Shown here: in pieces, positions 1 through 13,717 of the stretch | Position numbering within the stretch: position 1 is the stretch's first letter | How the letters are laid out: each line of letters starts with the position of its first letter | NCBI RefSeq assembly: GCF_023055435.1 | Contig: NW_025963824.1 | Location: 22,134,001 to 22,198,000 of the forward strand | Length of the DNA: 64,000 nucleotides | Source of the DNA: Haliotis rufescens | Lineage: Eukaryota | Direction of reading: 5' to 3' | The notes under the pieces: model-generated | The model's database searches: none | What the model was told of the DNA's origin: nothing | The model's input: the letters and a program-made list of their open reading frames with translations, nothing else | Made by a program: the position numbers and the translations under genes

Positions 1-2120
1 TTACCCTGGAATAATTGAGGGTGACCATGTCCCAGCTCCGTGTGAAGTCCGATGACTGTATATTATCTTGTTTTGGAGATTGCATTCAGGTTGGTGTTGA
101 ATGAGGTCTGTACAAAATGTGGCGTTCCATTACTGACAGTATTAATGGCAACTCATATCAGTCACCAGCTAATATGAAATTAAATGGCTGTTATTTGTCC
201 GGACGAGGGAATAAAAACTAAGCTCCCGGACCCCCGCACCCGGCGACCCTCGTCGCCCCGTGTGTTGATGAATCAGCTGTCGCCCTGCTGTAGACGTACT
301 GTCGCTCGACGTGTCATAACGACCATCACTGGGACCTGTTGTTTTTACGCTTGTCTTAATATCCCCACCTAAGCCTATTTATCCACAATATCGCCTCGCA
401 GGCGTTACTCTTTAATGACGGCAACCGTTACCCAGGGGAGGTAATTAATCCCAAGGGAGACAATCAACTAGTGATTAATTCATGAACCACTCGATAGTGT
501 CATTGTAATGCACACATGGAGCTAATGAGCATATTTGTGTTTGATAAAAGAAATTAATAGGATGGTTTTTTTCTCGTTTTTTAAAGCAACCACATGCTCT
601 ATTTATACGTAATTATAAATGTTATAAAATGTTTTTTCAAGCAAATGCTAATGCCACAAATGCCATTTTCCTTTAACCCTCCAGGGAGCTCATCCGTCTT
701 GTTTTTGTAAATAGTAAACTATAGTAGAAATACTTGAAGACTTTCATATACCAGTAATTCATACTGACGTCTGCCGCTGCCCATCACCATATTTTGTTCT
801 TTTAGGAACAACCGAATGTAATTGTAAATATTTTAAATAATAATTGAAAAAAAATCTTTAAAAAAACAACAACGTTGACAACAACAATGGCTCTTATTTC
901 CCTTACAGCTATGACATTAAAAGAAATGCTAAGTTTGTTTGTGTGTTGAAACGAAAACAATGTCAGACAGTTTCATAAACTAGTAACTCAAGCTGTCCAG
1001 ACAGCAGGCGAACACGCTTACATCACACTTGGTTAATTAATAGGAGTAATTATTTAAATCTTGTTAACAAACGTTGCCTGAAAGGCGGTAAGTTGAGAAC
1101 ACTGTCACGGCTCAGGCTAGATAAGCGGTAATCCCCTTAGACTAGATAATCTAGTCAGCTACATTAGCAGGTCCTCGAGTCGCCGGTCTATCTGGACTGG
1201 CGCCCTGTCCCGCTTGCGTATTCTCTTTCATCTACAATTAATATTATGTTATCCGTAGAGCTGTGAAATTCGGCTCCAACCACAAATTTTGCAGACCTAC
1301 TGGCATTGCTGAATCATTTGACGTTCTTTGATGAATGTTTGATGACCGACGCGGAGTGCCTGGTGTTCAACGACGATTCAAGCGAGAATTCATGTTCAGG
1401 TTGTTTCTGGTGCTAATTGAAGGCTGGGATTTGCCATTAAAAAAAATCACACATATAACTAACTGATATAGCAACGATTTATTTTCGAAGGAGCACACTG
1501 TAGACTTTTCTTATTATAGATGAATTAGTGCACTGGGGAGTGTGCTGCACGTGCTACTGGGTCGAGATGTCGCTAAATATGAAATAAATGGACCACATCA
1601 GTTACCTCCCTTGTTTCTTACTACCCGTTTGAAATATTAATCCAAGTGCAAGATATTATCTTTGTTTATTTTATATTTTGAAACAAGACCATACACGTGG
1701 TCGTGTGAACAGCGCGCAGGTCAACGTTGCGGAGAGTAGTTCGATGGGTTCCGTGGTCGGCAGCTTGGCTTCAGGGAGTTTCTAGGGCTTAGGTCCTGCC
1801 CCACACTGCAGTACATGTAGTATTATGGTGTATCCTTAGGCAAGTGGCTTCGAAACATTTTTATCCATCTTCAGACAATATCTTTTGTCACACTGTTGTC
1901 TGAAGTATGGTGAGTATGGTGCAAATGCAGTCTGTGAACATGGAACGTGATGTTAAGGGTGGACTTCGTGGATGGACGTTCCAGCCCCTGTATGCCTCAG
2001 ATAATGTTTATATATAATTTTGGAAACTAGTTCCAGTCTACGTCAATGACTAGGTACGTCTGTTTACTGATTCCTACAAAAGTGGCGACACTCCTCGAAA
2101 CTTAACCGACAAATAGAAAA

Positions 2121-3747
2121 CAAATTGATAAATGTATGTTCAAAGACTTTCGGCGAACCCCAAGCGTGTTGTTGATGAGCCTGGCGACACAGTACGTGCA
2201 GGTCTGAGGAGACCCGACACGAGTAGCCTCGGAACACACTCGGAAAATATCGGGCATTTGACGTTGGAATACGCCTGGGAAGTGATTATTAATTGTGGAC
2301 TGCCATATATACCAGTATTTGTTCTTTAGAAGGATCGGAAGATGGGCATTTGAAGTTCGATAATTAACTATGAACCCGATTGTACTGGAAGCTTGGTACG
2401 ACACCTGTCTCCATTTCTTTTGACCGCCGTCATATAGCTGGAATATTGCTGAGTGCGGCGTTAAACAACAAACCAAATCCAAAGTATTTCCGACTTAGTT
2501 CGAAGCCGTTTACGGCCTTGATGAACGTTAAGGGTAGAGTTCAAATTTTGAAAAACCACGAATGATAATATGGGCGAATCTGTGATAGGATTCTGGCACG
2601 GCGAAGAGGACAGCTCTTCAATATAATATAATTGTTAATGCAAAATTATAACCAATGGCCCAAAGTGAAAAATAGCTGCGAAGTATATGAATGGACCAGT
2701 GCTGACACAAGGTGTTCGGGAGAAAGGGTAAGCAAGACTACCGATGTATCCCGCTATATGCTCTCTGATTCACTGAGACCCAGGAGGTCGTCTCACTACA
2801 TCCCTGGCTCCACGTCTAACCAGTTCCTATCGTATAGCAATCAACATACATAACTTAATAAGTCCTGGCTGGTTTCAAGTCTCTTCTTCAACCAGAATGA
2901 ACAGCTTTAAGCAAAATCGTCCCATCTGAATCTAACAGGCGCCATTTTCAATGGAAACAGACGATTGGAAATGAAAGGGCTTCGGTTCTCACTATGAATG
3001 AATAATAAAACTATTATTAGCATTACACGGCGCATAATGAACCTTTGTGACTCGGCAAGATCTAATTAACCAACAGTATTAGTGGTCATTAAAGCACGTG
3101 GGGGACTGACCACTTGTAGTCGCCCCTACATCGTCCTCCCGCCGGGGTCGGTGCCAGGTCCACCTCACAAATCCGTTATTATGAATGGCGTGTTAGATCG
3201 CCTGCTGCAGGGAAGAGGTCGATTGTTTTTGTGCGGGGGTTGGCACTGGTTGCGTTTTGGAGAAACATTTTTTTTAGAAATAATACGTTTGTGTCTGTTT
3301 CAAAGAACATTATACAGTCTGTTTTTCATATCCTATTTCATAGGTGGTGTTTAAGGGGACGTTATCATGACGCCGCGGGTCCTGAAGAAATGAGCTGTTG
3401 TTTGAATATTGGCAGACAAATTGGTAAATGTATGTTCAAAGACTTTCGGCGAACCCCAAGCGTGTTGTTGATGAGCCTGGCGACACAGTACGTGCAGGTC
3501 TGAGGAGACCCGACACGAGCAGCCTCGGAACACACTCGGAAAATATCGGGCATATGACGTTGGAATACGTGATTATTAAGTGTGGGCTGCCATATATACT
3601 AGTATTTGTTCTTTAGAAGGATCGAAAGATGGGCATTTGAAGTTCGATAATTAACTATGAACCCGATAGTAAAGGAGGCTTGGTGCGACACCTCTCTCCA
3701 TAGTATTTCCGACTTAGGTCGAAGCCGTTTACGGCCTTGATGAACGT
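2121..3747 (+). repeat. Local direct duplication: 2121-2528 vs 3417-3747
   Basis: ~330 bp of high similarity; copy 1 carries an extra family B tail (~2421-2478). Confidence 0.9.
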
Positions 3748-4066
3748 ACCTGACACAAAGAGCAATCGATAGAGTTATAGGCAAACAATCAGCGCAAATA
3801 TCAAGCGTCACTGCATTTGTCTACACAAAAGTCTTAACTACAAATTATAACACTGGTGTCTGCAGAAAGGGAATTTCATGCAGTCACGTGTTCAGGTCTA
3901 CACTTCATCGTGACAAGAGTGATGCCGAAATCACGTATTCCTTCTGTACGTTCCGTGAAGGTGTATTTTCTTCCATCACACTAAGATGCTATAACATAAG
4001 TCAGCAGTGTTATTTAGAGCATAACGCTGGAAGAATGTCGCCGCAGTAATGCTAGACGGTCTGTTA

Positions 4067-4326
4067 GTTTGTTTGTTTGTTGTTTAACGCCGCACTCAGC
4101 AATATTCCAGCTCTATTACGGTGGTCTGTAAATAATCGAGTCTGGACCAGACAATCCAGTGATTGATATCATGAGCATCCATCTACTCAAATGGGATACG
4201 ATGACATGCTTCAACCAAGTCAGCGACCACACGATCCCGTTAGTCGCCTCTTACGACAAGATTAGTCGCCTTTTACGACAAGCATGGGTTGCTGAAGACC
4301 TATTCTACCCCGAATCTTCACGGGTC
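4067..4326 (-). mobile_element. SINE-like family B (gacccgtgaaga head, (AAAC)n tail)
   Basis: ~260-bp element recurring about 10 times in the window; TSD ggtctgttagt/ggtctgtaagt. Confidence 0.88.
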
Positions 4327-6160
4327 GGTCTGTAAGTAGAAGTCTTTACTAAAAGGATCGTTTACGCCTCTCTCTCTATATAGTGTGTTACTGTTCCCAA
4401 ATGTTTAACATATTGTTACAACTGACTTTTACTGACTGTTTTTTAATCAAAATTTAATAGTTTCAGTAGTGTGACAATAGAGTATATTTTTGTAGTCCTC
4501 AACACTTGGAATCACGAAATATCGCGATAATTGATAATTATTAACGAAGACAGCTGCACGTGCATACTTATGAAATGGAAACAAGCCATTCCGAACTTTA
4601 CTTACAGCAATGACAAGAATTGCAAAGTGCGCTTTTCAAGACATCTCCATTTTTCAATCGATAAACATCAATGAGTTTTGATCACGTGGTTACAATCCGG
4701 GTAAGGGTTGGCAGTCAGGTGACTGTGAGCGGTGATACTTAGCAGTGGGTGCATCTGGAACGAGGACATATACCGATTCAAATACCACATCTGCACGGTG
4801 TTTTCTCAAATTATTGAATGCATGTTGTCCGTGTATCTATCTATCTACGTGTCACATCACAGCACTCACATTCACCAGACTGATATCGTCGGTCAGTCGG
4901 CGTGAAAACCATTAGCAGAAAGGGTCAAGCAAGTTTTCTCTGAATTTAATCTCAATCCAAAGTCAGGTGCAGCTACAACAACGGGAAGAGCACCAACGGC
5001 AGCAAATACAATCATCTCGTCTGCCGACCAAACGGGATCAATTCCACTCAGGTTATGGGTTAATGCGGGCAACAATAAATACGTGTCGTGTAAAACGTGT
5101 GTAACGCAGAACAGTTCGTTCAAACGGAACTATGTTCTGACCGCTCATGTTTTGTGGCGCGGGAAAACAAAAAGGGCGCCCCCTTTCGGCTACATGGCGA
5201 CGGACTTACGTTGAGCACGTGCAGTGTACAATTACGAGGCTCCAGATCACATTAAGTTTGACTGAAATATTTTGTGTTTATCCAGAACTGAGCAATAAGC
5301 CATACTTCATATGATGCTATTACCAGTACGTCTGCGGTCGGAGACTTGGATGTTGAGGGCAATAATTTAGTCTTGGTAGCTGATGTGCGCGGTGTTGAGC
5401 TGGCTTGTCATGCGGGCGAGAGATCGCGGCAACATCTCGCAGTAACGGACGAGAAATTAGCAATTTAAAGAAATGTGTCTACACTAAGTACACAAATGGC
5501 TTCCTCGATTGCCCCCTCTTTCACAGGCCGTGTGGTTTGGGGGAATACATGAATAGAACAACGAGACACATCGAGACTTGGGGTCGGCACAAAACGAGAG
5601 TTTGTTAAATCATAGCTTGCAGATTATACTCAAGATGGTGATATTTAACACTGTGTTTCAGATTAAACGCCATCAAAGGAAGTCCCACTAATGAATGATC
5701 GCAGGCCATTGAGCTTTCTGTTGGCTGTACGAGGACGATGTTAAAGCTTCTGCTTGCTGTAGGCGAGCGACGCCGCTGGGACGATATGGCGTCGCTCTGT
5801 AGGATCAGGTGTATGATGGGTAACGTAACCCAGTAATTTGTACGGAGCAAGTGACAGAGGTTAAGCACTGCCCCGGTAATGACGTTCAGTTGCACCTGGT
5901 CGGCCAATCTTCAAGGTCAAGGGGTGCACGGACACGACACTTCCTGTACACCTTCGAGGTCAAGGCTCAACGTGCTCAATGCGTTGTTGGTGCTCACGAC
6001 CATGGTAGTTCATATATATTAGTGTAGAGCTCCGGTCGACTTGTGCAAACTGGTGCCAGAGCTCCGATCATCAAATTTCTAAGATCGCTTTTGAAAAAAA
6101 GTGTAATGGAAGCATCATTAGCGATCGATACATATCAGTGACTTTTCAATTCTGTAAACA

Positions 6161-6427
6161 GGGGCGCCGCTGGCCCGGCCAGTTCGCTGTACAGAGTTAC
6201 GTCCCCTAGGCGCACCAGAAACCTATGATCGTTGGTTCCAAATAGATCGCCCTGATTATGATTCTAGGTTTACCAGTACCATACCTGTGCTCATGGGTTA
6301 CACCAAAGTAGTAAACGTTTGAGCCCTCAGGCCTGCAACACTTCTGGCTTTCCTCCCACATTAAGCTGACACGTCTTGATATAACTGGAACACTGCTCAA
6401 AGGGGCGTTAACCCCGACTCACTCGCT
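6161..6427 (+). mobile_element. SINE family C copy
   Basis: Reverse-complement match to 47299-47580. Confidence 0.8.
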
Positions 6428-6807
6428 ATTATTTAAATTGACAATCTGGGATTCCGTCCAAGTGGCTCACTCTTGTAAGATCGTGTGGTTACAATGTGGG
6501 ACCTGACAGAGAGTGTGTGTCATCGTAGTCCACGGTGTGGGCCGTTGTTCACGATACCAACCTCAATTAATTATAGTTTATAACAGTATAATACTGCTGA
6601 CTGGTACGTAAAACAACATTCACTTACGCCCTGACCCCACCGTGACACGGGGATTCTCTATGAAATGTATGTGACTTTCGAACTTGACATGTTGTTAATG
6701 GGGGACTACTGAATACCATAGTTGTTTTAATCCTCCAGAAACCATGACCAGACCCACTTGCACAGAATGGCCTAAGCGTAAACACTACTTTGTAGGTCCT
6801 ATAGCTT

Positions 6808-7290
6808 CACATGACCTGAGAGCACCAAGATCTCTTTGTTGGTATAGTCGTATATCCATGCCAATTCTAGACTGGTCATATGACCTGAGAGCACCAAGAT
6901 CACTTTGTGGTATAGTCGTATATCCATGCCAATTCTAGACTGATCACATGACCTGAGAGCACCAAGATCACTTTGTTGTTATAGCCGTATATCCATGCCA
7001 ATTCTAGACTGATCACATGACCTGAGAGCACCAAGATCACTTTGTTGGTATAGTCGTATATCCATGCCAATTCTAGACTGATCACATGACCTGAGAGCAC
7101 CAAGATCACTTTGTTGGTATAGTCGTATATCCATGCCAATTCTAGACTGGTCATATGACCTGAGAGCACCAAGATCACTTTGTTGGTATAGTCGTATATC
7201 CATGCCAATTCTAGACTGATCACATGACCTGAGAGCACCAAGATCACTTTGTTGTATAGTCGTATATCCATGCCAATTCTAGACTGGTCA
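6808..7290. repeat. 69-bp minisatellite, ~7 copies
   Basis: Unit acatgacctgagagcaccaagatcactttgttggtatagtcgtatatccatgccaattctagactgatc. Confidence 0.95.
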
Positions 7291-7381
7291 CAAGACACTT
7301 GACATATAGAACTTGGCCTGCTTTATTGTGGGGCTTTTCAAAACAAAAGTAGGTTGACAATTGTCGAAGTTCTCGTCCAGA

Positions 7382-8178
7382 GGCAACCCATGCTTGTCGT
7401 GAGGGGCGACTAACAGGGTGGGGTGGTCAGGCTCGTTGACTTGGTTGATACATGTCATCGTTTCCCACTTGCAGAGATCGATGCTCAATTGCTCATGATG
7501 TTGAAGGCCGACCACGAGTGTCGTGGAAAACGGCATAGACCCTCTCCAGACTGTAATATATCTATTACTATATATATTAGTAATATTAATAATATATCTC
7601 TTCCGCTTGTCATCACACTGTCTCCAGTCATGCCGGTAACGTCTAGCACTATTGTGTCGTAGGGGAGTTGAATATAGATTACCATAATAAAAAACTAAAG
7701 ACGTCTTGCACATTATTTCTTCCTAAATAGTCGTTATAGAACACAGCAGCCTATATAGATACATGTATAATCAATATACATGAACTTCATTTGAGAAGTA
7801 CCTGTTTGGTTTAATAAGCAACAATATCATATATAGTTTATATTGGGTATTACACATGCCATTAACAATTCATTATTAGGGTTTTTAAGTTCACATATTC
7901 TTTAAACTTTCTTCTTGATGGTAGCAAAACCACAGAACGAACCAGCAGTTGACACTATATTAAAGAGGGACATTCCTGGAGTTGACAGGGCTCATTGATA
8001 CATGTAAACAAGGAGCCTTCTGTCTCAAGATAATACTGATAACACCAGCTGGCTACAGACGTTGGAAAGTTACACCGTGACTGGCCTTTGATCACTAGAT
8101 TGTCTGGTCCAGACTCGATTATTTACAGGCCGTCATTAGCTGGAATATTGCTGAGTGCGGCGTTTAACAACAACAAAT
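7382..8178 (+). mobile_element. Family B copy split by a MITE insertion
   Basis: 5' part 7382-7504 and 3' part 8088-8178 are contiguous in the family consensus. Confidence 0.8.
7505..8087. mobile_element. Non-autonomous DNA transposon (Kolobok-like MITE)
   Basis: Imperfect TIR aggccgaccacgagtgt / acaccgtgactggcct; 4-bp TSD ttga; AG termini. Confidence 0.65.
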
Positions 8179-10972
8179 ATCGTCCGGAAACAGGAAAGCG
8201 AAGACCAACGTTCATGCCACTGTATAAGCTTCACTGCCAGTTGAACTAATCTTAGGAATCCAAAAGGACTCAAAAAAGTTATAGGAGCCACATCATAAAA
8301 AATACCTGAATATTCTCTAGTTCTGATTTGCACATATCCTTTTTCTACCCGAAAGACGAATATTTTTCGTCGATAAGGCATCACTGAAACAGTTTGTTTG
8401 TCTGTGTGTCAGTTGCAATAAGGATATGTCTGTTGTTTTTCAGAAATTAGTTTCTGCACCATATTCATGAAAATAGTGCCGACTTGGGTCTATTGGGTGT
8501 GCCAGAAACATATGGGTTCGTGAGGAACGTGGATTCCAATACCAGATTCGTCCTGATTATGTTTCTAGGTTTGTTAGCATTATATCAATGTTCGTGGGTA
8601 AAGTGGTAAAGGTTTAAGTCTTGCATGACTTCGGGTTTTCCTCCTACACCAAGCCGACACGCCGTGAAATAACGTTACTACTATTCAAACATTTCAAACT
8701 CACTCGCTCTCATGAAAATAGTTCAAACGGTTTGTGTTTCGGAAACAAAGTAGCAGAAGGAAGGACAGAGTAACTTTGTTGACCTGAGGAAAAACTTGTT
8801 TTAGAGGTCAGTTTGGTTGTGCCTCCGATCGTGGATGTCTATATATGGTATTGTGTCAAGATTCAGCCCCACTCATGTCGAAGTAGGTGTTTTCCCCGAG
8901 CCCCGTCGCGCCCCAGAATGTCGACACGTCTAGGGGTGCATGGCCATGGCTGGGGCTCCCTCCAGCCCCAACACGGGGAGTGATTTGATATTGAACACGG
9001 CCATAGATCACCGCTGAAGTCATCGTCGGAGTAACATATGTGCGCGGAGGTGTAGACAAATAATCGTCTGCTCCCGAGTCAACGGCGTCAGCGAACGTAG
9101 TTCCCGGTCACTGAGGTGTGATTAGGCCTCGTTAAAACGTCATCGTTGGAGAGTTATTTGCCCATCAATGCGAACAACGGTGCGTATTGATCTCACTCAT
9201 CTGCAGCGCCATCTACAATCGATAGCCACTTCTAAAGGTAAACTATCGTCGAGGGTAACTGTTTTGTCGCGTATGTATTTCCGACCCGACACAGTGTCTG
9301 GCCTGGCACGTGCTCTTGACGCCGACTGATTATCCCCCGACATGGCGTTAATCTGGGGTCAATTATTGCAATGTTATACATCCAATTGTCTTCTTGAAGA
9401 ATGGAACAGCCGGCAATTTGGCTTTATTATCAAAATGTTGTTGCATGTCAAGAACAATGAAGGAACAAATCCCTCTGGAGACAGGACGGGGAAACTAAAT
9501 AGCGTCTCCGGCGGGGACTGCGACGTCAAACCACTCAGCAACATGGGCGGCACATCACTCAATCCCTGAACCCGCACAAACACACTCTGTTTCTCGGATA
9601 GATCTCGTGCTTTCACGTTCATACGTGACACGCAATCTCGCCGCTCAGTATTCATAACGGAGTGTTCTCCCATTTTAGATAGCCTATTTCACAGCGCGGT
9701 ATCGGGCAATAAAATCAGTAGTCGGATAAGAACTAGTGATATTAGACTCCTGAGGAAACTGTTGATTATTTGTTAACACGCATTATTCGAACCAGCTTTA
9801 TGAAACTAAGTTCAGAAAGTCCTGCCTCGACTACATGGGAGGTTGGGGTTGTTCCGATAGTGGTCAGTAAAGCACAAGTGTATGTAGCAGGCTACATGAC
9901 AGGGAATATGGGGATGTATGCATGCCACGCACTCTTATCGAGTGTGCGTATGTGTGTGTGCGTGTGAAGTCAGTGTCTAATTGGAGTCACAATACACATT
10001 GATCGTAAAATTCCTTCTTTATTGGACAAAAATGACTAATTCTACTTGTGGTAAAACGCAATCACAAATTCGATTTTTAGAGTTTAGATAGACATGTACA
10101 AATACTATTTTCTGTTTATTTTTCAATGTTTTTTACTTGTGGTAGTTTATTTACCGTTCATTTGTGTCAGCTGAGTCAAATCAAATTTATTCCATCCCAC
10201 TTTGTGGTTTTACTTACAAGAAATATTTGTCAAAGACACCAATGAAATTGTCAGGCAAGTTGTATTGTAACTGAAATGGACCAAGCAACTTGCGTATTGA
10301 GTGATTTTCCTCTCTGTCAGGTATTTCACTGATTGACTGGACATAGACATTGACTATAAGATATTCAGTTATCCAATCAGGACATTATCAGTACTGGGAT
10401 GTTTCACCTTAGTCTGACGCCACAGTGAGCAGTGGTCCAGTTGTAGTGTAGGTCATATACATGACGGCTGTGTAGTGTGAGAGAATTCCATGTACAATAT
10501 ACAATATAGATGTAAGTTACACAAGTCGCAGTCGCATTGCTTTGTAAGGAAAGGTAGCTAAGTTTTGGACAGTGGGTGAACTGTTGACATCAAACTATGA
10601 AACTTATATAATGTCTTCTCTCGCCACAACCCATTGTGTGTTGGGGGGTTGTTCTAACCCGGGTCCCCACAGGATTTGTAATCGAATCTTTACGTAACGG
10701 TCACATATTGTTTTGTTACGTGTAATTCTACTTTACAAACCTGATACCTCGCGTGTCGCATCTGGTCAAAGCATCTGCGAAGACTTATTCATCATCGGGG
10801 GCGGTATGCTGCTGATATGCAATGGGTTTGAATCACAATCGATTTTACGTGAAGCTAAACTTTCTTCAGATAAACTTTTAGACAAGCAACTGGTCTCTGA
10901 ACTGAACATTTTTTACAGGAAAAAACAGTTGTAAAATTATAGTTATGTAGTCATACTCCAGCGTTTTGGTCA

Positions 10973-11009
<37 letters not shown>

Positions 11010-11044
11010 GTGTGTGTAGTGCAGTAAAAAATCACCTGCGTTTT

Positions 11045-11890
11045 TAATATATATAGTCAATAATCTTCAGCGTTTTGATCACTTTATATGGTCATTTATC
11101 TCCTGCGTTTTGATATCAGTATATATAGTCATTAAACTCCAGCGTTTTGATCATCAGTATATATAGTCGTTAATCTCCAGCGTTTTGATCATCAGTATAT
11201 ATAGTCATTAATCTCCAGCGTTGTGATCATCAGTATATATAGTCATTCATCTCCCAGCGTTTTGATATCAGTATATATAGTCATTAATCCCCAGCGTTGT
11301 GATCATTACTATATATAGTCATTAATCTCCAGCGTTTTGATCATCAATATATATAGTCATTAATCTCCAGGGTTTTAATCATCAGTATATATAGTCATTA
11401 ATATCCAGTGAGTGAGTGAGTGAGTATGGTTTTACGCCGCTTTTAGCAATATTCCAGCAATATCACGGCGGGGGACACCAGAAATGGGCTTCACACATTG
11501 TACCATGTCGGGAATCGAACCCGGGTCTTCGGCGTGACGAGCAAACGCTTTAACCACTAGGCTACCCGACCGCCCCCATTATTATCCAGCGTTTTGATCA
11601 TCAGTATATATAGTCATTAATCTCCAGCGTTTGGATCATCAATATATATAGTCATTAATCTCCAGCGTTCGGATCATCAATATATATAGTCATTAATATC
11701 CAGCGTTTTGATCATCAATATAAATAGTCATTAATCTCCAGCGTTTTGATCATCAATATATATATAGTCATTAATATCCAGCGTTTTGATCATCAATATA
11801 TATAGTCATTAATATCCAGGGTTTTGATCATCAATATATATAGTCATTAATATCCAGCGTTTTGATCATCAATATATAGTCATTAATATC
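11045..11890. repeat. 38-bp minisatellite, ~17 copies, interrupted by SINE A
   Basis: Unit tccagcgttttgatcatcagtatatatagtcattaatc. Confidence 0.95.
11409..11576 (-). mobile_element. tRNA-derived SINE family A (tRNA-Asp-like head, (ACTC)n tail)
   Basis: A box tagcctagtgg, B box ggttcgattcc; TSD cattaatatccag/cattattatccag; inserted in the 38-bp array. Confidence 0.9.
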
Positions 11891-13717
11891 CCCTCTTCTT
11901 CCTCTGAAGGCTTCCCTGTGCATTCTGCAGCTATGTACATCGCCCGATGAGCACCGTTATAATTAGTAACACAGTTTGTTTCCGTAAGTGGTAAAAATAC
12001 TTTTAAAAACAAAATTTATGAAGAAAAATGTTAAAGCTTAAAAAAAAAATCACATTTTCTAGATTGATCATCCATTGCATTGGGTAATGGCATATGACTA
12101 TTAATCACTATGTCGTTCACAATAAGGAACGAATTGGCAAAAACAATAATTGGTGATTAATCATTTCCGCCAAGACACTTCCCTATGCCACTGCTGAATT
12201 AAAGTTATCAATCTTTAATTTCTGTCAAAATCAAATATCTGTTTGATACTATAGAGAATGGGCTAATGTTCGTCATCTTTTAATATATTTTTTTTCTTAA
12301 TAACACAATAATGAATATTTAAGATGAATGTCATCGAAGAGTCGCCGCCATGTTGTTCTCTTATTCCAAGCCAAGTCATCCCTCGTCGACCTGGTGACTG
12401 CAGGTAGAGCTATCGCTGTTTGATCTATAGTCGTGGTAGCGTCATTAATTGACTGCCGTATCTCTCCTTACTGCGAGGCACATCTGTGGCCCGATCATAA
12501 TAGGTTTCATTCCTCTCAGCTTTCCACAACTAATCAACATTTTCAATAACTCGGCGACAGGAATCTTCCTACCTGTTAACGGCTACGACGGAGCAGACGA
12601 CATCAAACAAACACGCGCCCTCCCGCGGATTAATAGCATTTGCACATGGCACGTGCACACCTGACGTCACGGCATGTCTACACTTCCTGTCGACTTGTCG
12701 TCTGCTTGGCGCGACAAAATCTCCTGCCGTCGTTCCGTTGACAGTTGGGGGTCTATCATCAATAGTCATAGATATGAGTTTATATATCCAGACTACCTTC
12801 AATGAGAAATATATGTCTGCCCCCAATATGTATGTTATCACGACATGGCTTTGATTAATTGACAAGATATATATACATAGCAGTTCCCGGGCGCATAGTT
12901 TATATGTTCGGCCCCGACCATGAGTTTTTATGTTAGAATCTATGGCAAGTAAGATGCAATACTGACCACTGATTAGTGGCCAGGTGTGGCGCTGACATCG
13001 CCCGGGGGATTAATCACGAGATCGGGCAGTAATTATTGAAACTGATATCCTCAAATTAAAATAGATTCAATCACCCATGTCTACAAGTCCGCGCCATACT
13101 CCTGGGCAGTGTTTGTTGTATGGCTCCACACTCTGTCCTCCCTGTAATCAGTCGGTGAATTAACTTGATATGGCGAGCTTATTACGAGCGGGACTCAATG
13201 AACCAACAATACGGAAGCTTCTCAAATATTGACGGTTACAGATATTTGTTCTGCTTGAGAAGTATCAAGATGCTGCTGTAAGGCACTAATTCCGTCTGAG
13301 GATGTGAGGAGAAACGATGGAACATGAAAAGAATTTCAAATGAAAATGTACCACCGATAGCGACATTTCTAGCCGAGGGTGTCTCCATGTGGCGGAGAAA
13401 GTAGACAAGCCATGAGATATATATGCTTTGCTTAAACAAATTTTGATTTTATTTTTTTTACTTTTAAGAGGTAGAAGGCGAAAAATATTTGCACAAGTAT
13501 CACTCTTGTCCCCAACTTGTATTTTCATGATTCAAATAAAACTGTTTTACAAAAAACAAAAAACCTGCCGGCTGGCTAACTACGGCACTGACTGCACTTA
13601 TTACAGCAACGTTTCTCATAATATTAATCACTGAACCGTTTGGTCCCGGCTCGAATATTTACAGACCGCCGTCATATAGCTGGAATATTGTTGAGTGCGG
13701 CGTTAAACAACAAACAA

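Noticed and set aside
1140-1156. Palindrome gactagataatctagtc
   Set aside because: An isolated 8-bp stem is expected by chance in 64 kb.
2204-2256. Hammerhead ribozyme (ctgagga...gaaa)
   Set aside because: Could not build stems I-III around the core.
6900-7298. 23-aa repeat ORF (also the 21-aa repeat ORFs at 46143-46668)
   Set aside because: Unit lengths divisible by 3 (69 and 63 bp) keep frames open by chance; no splice or domain support.
11500-11576. tRNA-Asp gene (also at 34231, 35051, 52906)
   Set aside because: The tRNA-like head is fused to a SINE body, microsatellite tail and TSDs, with no proper acceptor stem.
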